Assembly (NCBI GenBank): GCA_051362555.1
Contig: JBPQGU010000016.1
Coordinates: 5,332,001-5,396,000 of the forward strand
Origin: Lingula anatina
Lineage: Eukaryota; Animalia; Brachiopoda
DNA: 64,000 bases
Direction: 5' to 3'
Below are positions 44,201 to 56,844 of the stretch, piece after piece (position 1 is the first letter of the stretch; each line of letters starts with the position of its first letter). Made by a program: the position numbers and the translations under genes. Under the pieces are notes generated by a model that worked only from the letters and a program-made list of their open reading frames with translations, did not search any database and had not been told where the DNA came from.

Positions 44201-46479
44201 TTTGGAACTCAAGACTTGGCTTGTGTCAGTAAAATAAGGGCCAAACGCTTCGTATTTCGATCTCCCATACGCATTGCACATCGCCTGATTTACTATCGTG
44301 GGCTGATCTTCGAGTGGGGAGTTGGTAATGAGAATAGCGAGAAGAGGTATTCTTATAGAGGTGAACCTTACGTTCCACACTGCGAGGTCCGCTGGGAGAT
44401 TTGGCCAGCAGCGGAGAGTACCTGTAGCATTGAAGCCGCCAAAGCGTTTACACGATCCTACAAATCGAGGTTTGGAGACTACAACCTGTTTGGCAACAAC
44501 TGCCACATGTTTGCCATGCGTCTAGCGGGCATGTTGAAAAACGGCGATTGTTAACCTCGCTTCGGGGCTGCGGAAACAGGTGATGAGGACTGGATGGTGA
44601 AGTTGGCAAAATGTGGCAAATATTGTACTATATTTGAGTTGTAACAGGAGAAACATTCACAATCATTTTAACAAACTCAAATTTAATAAATGCCTTATGT
44701 CGGGAAATAACTGAGCTGTATGTTTTGAAAATACAAGAAGCCTATGAATCACTAACGTACCCATTTGAGAATAAGTAAGGTAGTATTTCTTTTTTGTGTT
44801 CATACTGCGAGAAAATAATTTGAACTTGAAAACATGCATTTGCGAGATATGAACTAGTATAATTTAGACGACAAGTTTTCAGTGTGCAACCAGTTTTATG
44901 CATGACTGCCTTGTTTTATACTACCCCATTACAATTATTAAGATTCATTTATATTCTAAAGAGGTTTATGAATAAAACTTTGCTGAGCAACTAAAATTGG
45001 CTGCTTTTGATTTTCATTAATTTATATTCTAAAGAGGTTTATAAATTAAAACTTTGCCGAACAAACTCCAAATTTGATGCTTTAAAAATGATTTGAACTT
45101 GAAAAAATAATTTGAACTTGAAAACGCGCATTTTTCATCTAGCTATCATAAAATACTAGTATCTTTCAAAAGGCAGGGAGATAATTCGCAAGTCAGAAGT
45201 TTTAAATGCACCAGTGTAACTGTTTAAGTTATTTTTCATCTATTATACTGGGTTTACATCTCATAATGAAGTCATTGGACAGTTAAAGCTATAACTCTTT
45301 GTTTTTCGGTTATCAACCCCCAATTTTGCATTTTTTTAACGTGACGAGAATGTAAACATCAAGCATAACCAAATTTCTTAAAAGGTAACTATACACATTA
45401 AAGAACGGTTTCATATTTTGGCAAAATATTCCACCCAAAATTCAACCGTTCAAAGGCCGCTCTTCTATAGATACATATCTTTGATAAGTTTTGTGAATAT
45501 TTACAAAGAAACTGAAACCGTGTCTACTACTGCATGCGACACAAAAATAAAAAGTATAACAAAGATTGAAAGATCGATAAGAATCTATCAAAAGTAAGAT
45601 TTTGAAAAGTACCGAGAAATTTTTACTTTATATTTACCTAGGCATCTCACCATTGGTATTTTGGACAAAAAACAACTGTTTCATTTATTTCTCCCTTAAT
45701 CCATTTTTGTGAAGACATTTTTAAAAAGTCAGCAGTCCAACGATACACACACAAATGCGCAAGCGCACACAAGCATAGTGGTACTTCTGTACCCATCCCC
45801 AGATATATGTTCTTAAAACTTATGGGGTCTTCTCGTGTTGAAAAGAAAATTATATATAATCAATTTATTTCCTATGTCGTAGTTTTCAAGACAAAAGCTT
45901 ACACTTACAGTCAGCGGTAACGCACACAGCATCCTTTTCAAACAAAGACGTTGCTCTGTTGCCATACATCTGTTAAAACATGTTTTAGCAATTGTCAGGT
46001 ATAAAAAATGAAAATATGTCATCTTCATCATGAAATATTATATCTAAATGAATATGCACTTTGATACGATGCATATGTTTCATGAATTATTTTATCAACT
46101 GCAACAATTTCTATAACCTCACTTAATTATTTTATTCACTGACTTAAAGCCATATTTATCTTCATCCTTTTCTGTAACATGTTACATGGTTAACCTCCGA
46201 TATTAGATCTGAACGACGGTATGGCCAGTAAAAAAATTTTGCAAATCAAAATCTTTTTAATGACCATTTTAAACGATGTATTAATAACTTTGTATATGAT
46301 CAATGATATCTCAAATATTGAATTAGTTAAATCCAGTAGTATACCTGATACCAACGTCCTAAATATTTCCCTACTTCTACCTCCACGGTTGGAAGCGGCT
46401 TTTTGAATATGCCAGCAAGGAAGGCATTGCTGGAACCAAGAACAGAGATGAGTGCGATAGTCATTGGAAAAAGAATCAT
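37764..46479 (-). CDS. Apolipoprotein D-like lipocalin (~197 aa); exons 46479-46345, 45969-45909, 40926-40771, 38005-37764
   Basis: Signal peptide MILFPMTIALISVLGSSNA, KYLGRWYQ (lipocalin GxW motif), CVTADY, YWIIKLGP, LFVLARDP. Exons 1-3 are the same sizes as in the + strand paralogue. TATA at ~46563-46570 (-). Confidence 0.88.
38250..40490 (-). mobile_element. Degenerate LINE (CR1/L2-clade-like) ORF2 in lipocalin intron 3
   Basis: Frameshifted pieces: endonuclease C-terminus (GCSTVDYAIVS), PWFD, KSPGEDKV...NYRGLCITSCLGKLF...QAGFRPG...FIDMRKAFDSVWH, HILYADDLVL and LFDRTIKPILLYGCEVW. Confidence 0.92.
42492..44554 (+). CDS. Small secreted permuted NlpC/P60 (LRAT/PPPDE-like) protein, copy B (~159 aa), nested antisense in lipocalin intron 2; exons 42492-42509, 42693-42780, 44181-44554
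   Basis: TATATAAA at ~42428; MWNTIQVVAFLLCVNVMYSHA signal-like start; AHRLIYYRGLIFEWG...YNLFGNNCHMFA; in-frame GT-AG junctions. Confidence 0.72.
42801..42972. mobile_element. MITE in intron 2 of copy B
   Basis: TIR CCGGTGGAACAGGAATGGAAGT...ACTTCCATTCCTGTTACACCGG. Confidence 0.75.
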
Positions 46480-48034
46480 ATTTCTGCCGCTGATGCTTTC
46501 TTCTTCCTACTGTAGAGCAAAGTATGATAGTGTGGAGTTGTGTTCCCTGTACACTGCCGCTGTTTTATAGCCAGACCAAGACACTCCCAGTGGTGACATG
46601 ACCGATCAAGGTCAAGGCCATAGAATACAGTTACGTCATATTTCTTGATTTCTGTCCTAGGTTTTTATATTGGTATATGGTGGCAAGTCGTGGTTTCTCA
46701 ATTATCCAAATTTTGGGGAAATAAGGAATAAGAAAATATTGGCATTTCGGAAATGTACCACTGTGTTTGGTAACCATTCGTAGCAGCGGGCATATAGTTT
46801 TGTAGAATATCTTCTTTGTAAAATATACTCACGGAAAAAAGGCCATAAACAGAACCTCCCACCTTTTTACCTTTACAAGCCTTAAATTGTAATTAATTTT
46901 CTAATTAAAAACTTATGTAAGGAATGTAAACAAAAACTTTGTTTCATAATTGCTCTTTGGTCATAAAAAAACTAATAATATTAATTTTTTATCTCAAATT
47001 TTCAATTAAAGAAGACAAAATGTACTTTTCCTTTATACTTAAATAGTGTGCACTGCCAAATTCCACTTTGTTAAGTTTTAAGCATTTTTGTTCCTTCCTA
47101 GAAACTTTAAACAAACATTACACAGAAATGGGTTTTGTGCCTTATACACGTAATATGGAATTCATTTTCAGTGTCTATTGATGAATATTTTAAAAGTACA
47201 GCGTTAAGAGATAACGCTTTAATAGAAAAATTATAACCAGGTTTTATAATAAACCTTAAATGCCGTGAAGGAAGGAATAATTGACAAAATTATTATGAAT
47301 TTAATTTTCTCTGTAGGACCTTTTTGCCAGCCCCACCGTCAAGAGTGAACACTGTTAACAGGCGGTTCTCCGTCATGTCATGTCGGCATTACGTATCAGA
47401 ATTAACAGCTGTCACTATAGCACGTGGACTTCCACGTTACGTATGGTCAAGCACGTTGTCCACAATGTGTGTCATCCGTACAGTGTCTACGTCTTGTGCA
47501 ATGTTCACCGTTGTTGCCATGGAAACATCACATCTTGAAATCATTTTCTCAGGGTAAATGTTATGTTTGTTTTTTTTTCATTTTTTCATCTACCTCCGAT
47601 ATTTGTAACGAAATATTTAATTAATATTTAGTCTAAATTTTACTTTGATCGTTGCTTTATGATTTTAATATTTAAAATAAAAAATTTAGAGAGGTGCTTT
47701 ATTCGCTGCGCGGAAGCTTTCCTAAACTTAACGGACTCGGAACAATTCTTAAATACAGTATAAAATCAATTTGAAGTATTTCAATCCAATAAACTGCTGT
47801 TTCCCTGCTGTCACGTCGCTGGTCAGTTCCAGATGTCCCCGTCCCCACTGACGGCTAATCCCGTGGGGAGGAGCCAGCTGTCAGGACCACATGGTTGTCC
47901 ACGTGCTGTGACCTGCCACACCCTCGGGATAGTTATAAAACCAAGTTTATGTAAAGAGGGCCCTATATAAACCAGCACTGGCACCATCATAGAGCACAAA
48001 CCGAGCCAGCAACAGACTCATCTTTGTCTTCATC

Positions 48035-49681
48035 ATGCAGATTCTCAACGTTCTCCTCGCTCTGGCCTTGGTGGCCTCCAGCAGCGCGTTCTTGGCGGGA
48101 CTTTTTAAGGAGTCCATCGCCACTGTTTCTCAGATTGATGTGAACAAATATACTGGAAGATGGTATCAGGTAAGCTATGCAGTTCACACCGAGATTGTTC
48201 AGAAGCTGAGAATATATCATCCAGGTACAGATAAAAGATATAACTGCCATTTTCTTGACACGTTAACGTTTAGCTAAAAATATCCTAGTAATCTTCTTCA
48301 CTTTTATTTTGCTTTACTTATTTCTGATAACACATTATGAAGGGAAGCTTTAATGTTCGATTTTTGTTTAAAACTTTCGTCGGAGAGGGGAGGGAGGAAC
48401 AGAATGACATGAATCAAAATCTAACAAACCTTTCGTTACCCGGGATTCCAGGTGTACTTGAGCCGCTGGAGCTCCATCTTCGCTCCCAAAGGATACTGTG
48501 TGACAGCTACGTGTAAGTTGACCACAGCCCTATTGTCCTCATATCTGTGACCAGTTCGAATACCACATTTTATAAACACACTTCTGCCACTCGCCTTTGC
48601 TTAGAATGACCAAGTGACATGTTTTAGGCAAATGTAAGAGTGAAATAACCATTTCAACCAAGAACACGCCAAATGCCAGTCAGATAATGATTTATGTAAA
48701 TGATTTAAATCTACTTTCAAATCCATGTTATTGAAACCCCGAAATTTAGTGCAAGCTTGGGTGCATCATAAAACTATCTGCAAACGGAAGTCATATATTG
48801 GTATTTTTGTCCACAGACGGCAAATTCAACGACACCACCATCACCGTGTTTAACTCGGGGAGGAAAGGAGGGCCAACTGGCGAAGAACAGGCCATCAGAG
48901 GACACGCCTACGCCACAGAGGAGTCCGGCAAGTTCAAGTTGAATTTGGCTGGGGTGCCCTTCACTGGAAACTGTAAGTCAAAAGCTGGACATAGGCCATA
49001 GATCATTTGAATACCCTTTATTACCTTGCAACAATTTTCATGTTTTTTCACTAAATAAAGTTGTTTAAAGCTTTCGTTCTTAGTGTTATTTTTGTTGGTT
49101 TTCCGAATAGTTCATTTACCTTGCTTTTCAGAATTATTGATCATGAGGTTTATAGCCATGTCCAAATTTAGAGCATTCAGCATTTTTCGTTACGGTACTT
49201 GTTGACCCTTGCAATCATTATTCATGCACCCCCCCCCCCCCCCCCCCCCATAAAAAGTTAATTTTGTTTTAGGAAGATACATGTATTACCGCTGTTCCAA
49301 TATCTCCAATAACCATCTTACATTTGTTAATTATTTTCAGTGTTAAGCATCATCTTATCATATCATATTATATCGGTACTAAGCATCATCTTATCATATC
49401 ATATCTCTGTCTCGGTGTTAAAATGAATGTATTTGACATGCATTTTAGACTGGGTCATCAAGTTGGGACCGGTCATCAATGGTCAGTACCAGTATTCTGT
49501 GGTCAGTGACACTAACAGACTCGGGCTGTATGTCCTCGCTAGAGACCCAGAGACATTCAAGAAGTACGACGCCGAGGTGAAGGAGTTTCTTAATAAGAAC
49601 CATTACAACGAGTGGCTGAACGAGCCATTGCCTTCCTATCACGACAAGGACTGTATTTACCCTCCCATGCCTACTAATTGA
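48035..49681 (+). CDS. Apolipoprotein D-like lipocalin (~194 aa); exons 48035-48169, 48452-48512, 48817-48972, 49449-49681
   Basis: Signal peptide, IDVNKYTGRWYQ, YCVTATY, YWVIKLGP, LYVLARDP. TATA motifs at ~47934 and ~47965, AATAAA at ~49753. The frame closes at 585 nt. Confidence 0.92.
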
Positions 49682-52294
49682 CTCAGAACTTTTTAATTGA
49701 ACTTTTTAAACTTATTTTTGTGACTTGTTGTGTTTTGTCTGTTATTTTGTGCAATAAACTTCATTTATTTAACATATGTATTGTTATTGTGAATACTGTC
49801 AGCAGGGCAACACACAGTATGGAGTCTGCCTTGTTCTTACCACCCGCTCGAAGTGTAAAAAGTTCATCTTGTTTTAATTGAACCCTTGTTGTAATTGCGT
49901 ATCTCACGATTAGCTTGTCCGGAATTATAACATTTATTTGATCCCAATCTAAGAATAGAGCAAATTAATTTGTTACGCTGTTAGAGCCCTGGCCTTTGAA
50001 CTTACTCTTGAGAACCACTGTTGCTTTGCAAACACACAAAAAAATCTTCCAACAGTTGCCGCATGCTCTATTCTTACGGTTACCAAATTGACAACATTGC
50101 AAAGATGAAATAGGAATTGAGGTGGGAACAATGGTTTCTCATCAAGAAATCTAAACAAGAGAAGGCTCTTAGTATGATGTTCGTCTTGGTCACCAGTTAA
50201 TCATCTTAATTATCTTACAAATAATCTTACTGGCACCTGATTCAATTACTCGCAAAGAGAACGTTAAAAGTACACGATGTCGGATGCACACTGAAGTTGC
50301 TATGGCGACTGTAGTCAACTTCACTTGGCATTATTACGTGCAAGACACGACATCCCCCATAAGTGACTCGCATCTATAGGATGTTATCTATTTCATTTGA
50401 TAAAACAAAACTTTGAAAAAGAAAATTTACAACAATTTTGTATTTAACGCAAATAATTTTACTTAATATTTTAAAAATCGTTCTTTTTTTGCGTTTTGAT
50501 AATTTTTCATTGTTATACAGTTTCGCGGTATGGTGTTCGTCTGTGAAGTAATAAAAAGCTTGCTTCCCTTGCAGTTGCACCAACACCCTTGTCTAATTTT
50601 CTGTGGATCTATGGCCATCATTTGAACAATTCAATCAATTCTAGTCGACAATATAAGAAAGGATAAAGGGAGAATCCTTACAAACTAGAGAGAATCCGAT
50701 AAATGCTACTTTGCCAGTTTAAAACAGCATAACATATGGCGTATATGTATAACATTTTTATTCGATACAAAAAGACCAGTACGAATGAAACTGGTCACCT
50801 GGTGATGTACAATTAACTGACACTTGTTAAATTTATCTATAAGCAACAGTTTGCAGGGACACATACTACATGAGCAGGCAGAATTTAGTGCACTTTTCTG
50901 AACCTGGAGGTAGGGTTAATCAAACATGGCTAATCTCAAAACTGTTCCCAACTTTAAAGTACAAGTGGACTCGTATTTTGATGCGGTCTCGTGTTGAGCA
51001 GTCTTTTTTTTCTGACGCCTTTATAACAACGTTGTCAGCCATGGAGATAAACCCAGCCTAAACACTCTATCAGCCAACATAACATGAATCAGAACTGAAA
51101 ATCGTAAGTGATCAAAGAAAGAATGCCAAAGATTTTGCTACATAACGATGACACATTCAGCTGATATGTAATCAAACGTTTACCAAGGCATTAAGGCGGG
51201 TGTCTAGGTCGATAGGAAGTTTTATTTTTCTGTGAGGACAACACTGACACTGCACCTCCAGATTAACTAGTAGAAGCATAGACTGTGCAGAAACAACTTA
51301 AATATTTTAAAAAGAACTTTGGAACTCTTATATAAAATCTGCCCATAACATTCCTACAAAAATACTTCATTTTGTGCCAGAATATGGAGACAATGTCAGC
51401 CAGCAAGTCTTTCTTGGCACATAGTTGACTTTATTCCTCTTGAGTGACACATCCAGTATTTAGGGGCGAGCAGCTCCAGACCAAGGCAGGCACTGACTAC
51501 AATCCACGTAGTTCTCTTAGTTATAGATTAAATAAATAGTGTTTCAAATCATATTTATGGTTTACTATCTACAGCTACTACTGGAATGGCTAAATTAACA
51601 AGGTGCAGTCTATTCATCTTAATTATAAATTAATCTATAAACAAATAAATAAATTCAAATGTAATAAAAAAGAATTCTATTAGATTCTCCAGTAGCTGAG
51701 TTGGGACATACAATGCCAATATCACAGCCATCCAAGTCCTTTCTGATGAACGTATCTCAATATGATATACTCCTAGCATTTCAGTATCATGGATGTCCAA
51801 GTTGTACATATATCCTTCCTAACTAAGCTTTTATCAGTGATATTATGTTGAATGTTTTTGTACAAGATTGCAATAATTACCACTGTTCAAAGTCCCAACA
51901 CACCATCAGATATATTAAATATTGTAACAGTACAGCTTGGTAACAATGCTCTTAGTGCATTTAAACCCTTTTTTGTTAATTCTACCATAATAAATCTTTG
52001 CCTTTGTACTGGTACAGGCTGTTCAGGTTTCCTTACATTATTTCATCCTGTATTTCACGTTAAAAAAAAATCTCCATTGCTGTGTTCAGTTTACATAGCA
52101 GTTGTAAATGTTGCCCCATCATATTTTCTATTTCCTATGGGCAATAAGTATTTTTCCTTCCAATCAGAGCCTTCTTTTTGCAGTGAACACTCTGCAATAG
52201 GCCTGACCTGAAAGAGAACCCCCCCCCCCCCCCCAAATGTCTTCAGTTACAATGTCTTAGTCATTTGTCCAGTGCTAATGCTTAATGTGATGAC

Positions 52295-55200
52295 CTAATT
52301 GATGTACTGTGCTAACCAGCGGAAACCCTCTCCGTACCCCTGTCTCTTTAGCACACTGCACATGAACAGTTCCATGGGACGCCCTGGTAACTCACTTCTT
52401 GCCACCTGACGCTGAAACAAGTACAGATCCCATTAAGTTCACAGTATAAAACTGCCACGCAACTTCTGGCAAGTTCTCACAATAAGACTGCTAACCTGTA
52501 CCATTTTTACTGATTATCTCAACTAGATTTTAAACAATGCTTGTTAAAGCCTTGTCATAAAAACATTTACAAATGATTTCTACTACTAGTTTCTTCTTGA
52601 ATTGTTGCTTTCAGTTTTAAATATATCAACCTCCAATGCAAGGGACAAATCAACAGTTATCAAAACATGATATAAAACAAGCAAAATGTTTACATTTCTA
52701 TGGACTGACTTATCTACAATACCAAGAGCATACTAAAGAGTTGGGCATACCTTTCCTGTAGTCATACCATGTAGTCCAAACCAGGCCCTAATATCATCCT
52801 CACTAGCAGCACCAGGGCGGTCTATTTTGTTGCCTAGAATTAACACTGGCGCATTGGCCACTTGTTCATCTGTCAACAGACTCTGGAACCAAAGTCATTG
52901 CTATCATTTTACCTCTGAGTCAGTCAAATTAAAGGTGCAGAGGTTTCAATGTGAATTTTTTTCCAAACTGCACTTGAGTTTTATACACTCCTAAAACACA
53001 TTTTTATTTATTGAAACTGATTGCAAAGAAAATTTGACATAAAATTTACTTACTTATTTACAATAAATGAAAAATTTAATTCCTTTTACCCACTTCTAAT
53101 TCTGCTTTGGCTTCAGGAAATCTCTCTCTGTCAAAAGCATCTATCAAAAACACTATTCCATCTACAGCTGGAAAGTATGTCTTCCAAACTCTTCTTGCTA
53201 TAAGAGAAAAGTAAATATATATTTCACAACTATATGAGGAGATGAGAGTAAAACCGCAGCAACTAGATCACCTTTAAAATGCATAAAGCATGTGTTACCC
53301 ATACATATGTGCCATGTGTTATCCAAACATATGTGCCATGTGTAACCCATACATATATACCATGTGTTATCCATACATATATACCATGTGTTACCCGTAC
53401 ATATGTGCCATGTGTTATCCATACATATGTGCCATGTGTAACCCATACATATATACCATGTGTTATCCATACATATATACCATGTGTTACCCATACATAT
53501 GTGCCATGTGTTATCCATACATGTGTGCCATGTGTTATCCATACATATACCATGTGTTACCCATACATATATACCATGTGTAACCATTTCATTTAAAACC
53601 GCAGCAACTAGATCACCTTTAAAATGCATAAAGCATGTGTTACCCATACATATGTGCCATGTGTTATCCAAACATATGTGCCACGTGTAACCCATACATA
53701 TATACCATGTGTTATCCATACATATATACCATGTGTTACCCATACATATGTGCCATGTGTTATCCATACATATATACCATGTGTTATCCATACATATATA
53801 CCATGTGTTACCCATACATATGTGCCATGTGTTATCCATACATGTGTCATGTGTAACCCATACATATGTGCCATGTGTTATCCATACATATGTGCCATGT
53901 GTTTTCCATACATATATACCATGTGTTACCCATACATATGTGCCATGTGTTACCCATACATATGTGCCATGTGTTACCCATACATATGTGCCATGTGTTA
54001 CCCATACATATGTGCCATGTGTAACCCATACATATATACCATGTGTTATCCATACATATGTGCCATGTGTTATCCATACATATGTGCCATGTGTTATCCA
54101 TATACATATACCATGTGTTACCCATACATATATACCATGTGTAACCATTTCATTTACCATGTGTTACCCACACATATAGCATATGTTACAGAAAAGGCAA
54201 GTTGAAAGTACAAGTACCTTGTTTGTGTCCACCAAGGTCAAATGTTGTAAATTTCATTCCTCCCATAGACAGCTCCTCAGATGCTGCAATATAAATTTAG
54301 AAAGCATTTTAATTCATTGAAATGTATGTATCAATGTTAACTAATGACCTCTGCCCTTATTAAAATACATACTTAAATTACATAATCAATATTTTAGTTA
54401 TGTATGAATGTGTGTGTGTGAGAGAGAGAGAAAAACAGAGAGAGAGAGAGATTTTACATCAATATTATTTTATTTAGAGAGTAAATATGCATGTCAGTAA
54501 ATATACAAAATCAAAACTTTGCAAGGCTAATAAGCAAATGTGCTTGTCTGCAGTTTGGTAACAATCTTTTAACTTCACTCCAAAATCAAGCCAATCCACA
54601 ACTGGCAACAAGCAAGCTTTACTACAGGACTTGGATATAATGTGGTGACAGGACTTACTTGGATATAATGTGGTGACAGGACTTACTTGGATATAATGTG
54701 GTGTCTAGACTTGGATATAATGTGGTGTCAGAACTTACTTGGATATAATGTGGTGTCAGGACTTACTTGGACATAATGTGCTTACTTGGTTATAATGTGG
54801 TGTCTAGACTTGGATATAATGTGGTGACAGGACTTACTTGGATATAATGTGGTGTCAGGACTTACTTGGATATAATGTGGTATCTAGACTTACTTGGATA
54901 TAATGTGGTGACAGGACTTACTTGGATATAATGTGGTGTCAGACTTACTTGGATATAATGTGGTGTCAGGACTTACTTGGATATAATGTGGTGACAGGAC
55001 TTACTTGGATATAATGTGGTGTCAGGACTTACTTGGATATAATGTGGTGTCAGGACTTACTTCCAAGGATATAATGTGGTATCTAGACTTACTTGGATAT
55101 AATGTGGTGACAGGACTTACTTGGATATAATGTGGTGTCAGGACTTACTTGGATATAATGTGGTGTCAGGACTTACTTGGATATAATGTGGTGTCAGGAC

Positions 55201-56844
55201 TTACTTGGATATAATGTGGTGTCAGGACTTACTTGGATATAATGTGCTTACTTGGATATAATGTGGTATCTAGACTTACTTGGATATAATGTGGTGACAG
55301 GACTTACTTGGACATAATGTGGTGTCAGAACTTACTTGGATATAATGTGGTGTCAGGACTTACTTGGACATAATGTGCTTACTTGGATATAATGTGGTAT
55401 CTAGACTTACTTGGATATAATGTGGTGTCAGACTTACTTGGATATAATGTGGTGACAGGACTTACTTGGATATAATGTGGTGTCAGGACTTACTTGGATA
55501 TAATGTGGTGTCAGGACTTACTTGGATATAATGTGGTGTCAGGACTTACTTCCAAGGATATAATGTGGTGTCAGAACTTACTTGGATATAATGTGGGTAC
55601 ATGCTGTGCAAGCCTGTCATCTTTCAACATGTGAAGCAGTGTGGTCTTGCCTGCATTGTCCAAGCCAAGGAACACTAGCTTTCCAGATTTCTTATACAAA
55701 CCTGAAACAATAAAACAACACAAACTTGGTAGAGTAGCATGCAGGTTATGTGCAGTGTTAACAGGCAAGGCAGGGATAACATCCACACTGTTGGGATAAC
55801 ATCCACACTGCTCTGCCATCAAACAGGAAATACTGCTGTGCAGATGTCTTTGAAAATCACCAATTTGTAACCAAAACATTTTTTTTCAATATAATATAAT
55901 ATTAACATGTCATATGTCATTATTTTCAAAAATTCATCTTTTTTATCTTCTTTTTAAGGGAAGAGGGGCACGTTTGTTTTTAAACATCTGAACAGTACTG
56001 AATTTCATGTTGCATTCAGTATTTCTCCATACTGTTCTTCTACAACTATGCATACAACTATGCAATAATCTACATATATATACACCTATGCACAGAAGCA
56101 AAAATGCCTCGCATATAATTTTCAATTTTGTTTCCCTTGAACACACCCACAGATATCTTTATATATAAAACTAACACAGGTGAGGGGATGTTTTATCTGA
56201 ATGCATGGTGTATGCAAGATGCAAAATGGAAATAATCTGCAAACCAGCAAGACAACCACACCCAGGACATGCCTCATATAAGGTCACTGTAATCTCATGA
56301 CATGCCACACAAGGTCACTGTGACCTCATGACATACCACATACTTACTTGGGTGCAGAGTTGGCACTGGCTGGGATAAATGACCAGCTTTAAGCATACTT
56401 AATAAGGTGGTTTTACCAGCATTGTCCAGACCCAAAAATATCAACTTGCCCGATTTCCTTCTCAAACCTATTGTACCAATGTCTGTGTTAAAATCAGAGT
56501 AATTTCTGTGGCTGCTTACCAATCTTCTCTATATCAACAGAATGGCTGGACCACCCCATTCATTATTATTGATGACACTTGTCTAAATCTTTTCTTATTC
56601 TGTGAATGTTTCTTAATTAAAAGAAACAATGAAAAACTGAGATAAAAAATATGAGATAAACAAATGAGAGAGTTCACAAAATCAAAACCAAACAGAAATA
56701 AATTACCAAAAGAGAAATGTCAGCAATATTTCATCCTATTCCATAATTTCAGATATATTTACTGACAAGTTTTTTACAATAATATATAAGGTATCACTTA
56801 CCTAAAAAGTTGAGCATACCGGTAAGCCAGTCCCATAAAAACAT
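52295..56844 (-). CDS. SAR1: SAR1 small GTPase (193 aa); exons 56844-56802, [56467-56348 or 55701-55582], 54283-54218, 53197-53094, 52882-52751, 52411-52295; 5'UTR exon ends 57408
   Basis: [75 protein letters not shown]. The frame closes at 582 nt using one copy of exon 2. Confidence 0.96.
53251..54175. repeat. 24-bp minisatellite with a ~345-bp higher-order duplication, in a SAR1 intron
   Basis: Unit CATGTGTTACCCATACATATGTGC and variants. The unique leader AAACCGCAGCAACTAGATCACC occurs at both 53251 and 53596. Confidence 0.95.
54627..55596 (-). repeat. 28-bp exon-end + donor tandem repeat (~35 units) after SAR1 exon 55701-55582
   Basis: Minus-strand unit CCACATTATATCCAA|GTAAGTCCTGACA, which is the last 15 nt of the exon plus 13 nt of the intron. 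Confidence 0.95.
56348..56467 (-). CDS. SAR1: Alternative (putative mutually exclusive) SAR1 exon 2
   Basis: 120 nt with the same phases as 55701-55582. AG acceptor and GTAAG donor are intact; encodes [40 protein letters not shown]. Confidence 0.8.

Larger units (their letters stand above)
30525..45850. repeat. Tandem segmental duplication: unit A ~30525-36995, unit B ~37203-45850
   Basis: Collinear near-identical blocks: 30525-31335 vs 37203-38190, and 31706-36995 vs 41543-45850. Unit A lacks the 38190-41543 segment (LINE plus lipocalin exon 3). Confidence 0.9.

Noticed and set aside
30525-45850. Possibility that the duplications are uncollapsed haplotypes
   Set aside because: The copies differ by many substitutions, large indels, transposon insertions and an inversion, and have discrete breakpoints. 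A true duplication is more likely, though read depth would be needed to exclude an artefact fully.
53198-54205. Many long Cys/His/Tyr-rich ORFs on both strands
   Set aside because: They are translations of the 24-bp intronic minisatellite. The unit contains no exon or splice-site sequence, so it was also not counted as a donor echo.
54627-55596. 28-bp array resembling a CRISPR repeat length
   Set aside because: No spacers; the unit derives from the SAR1 exon/intron junction.
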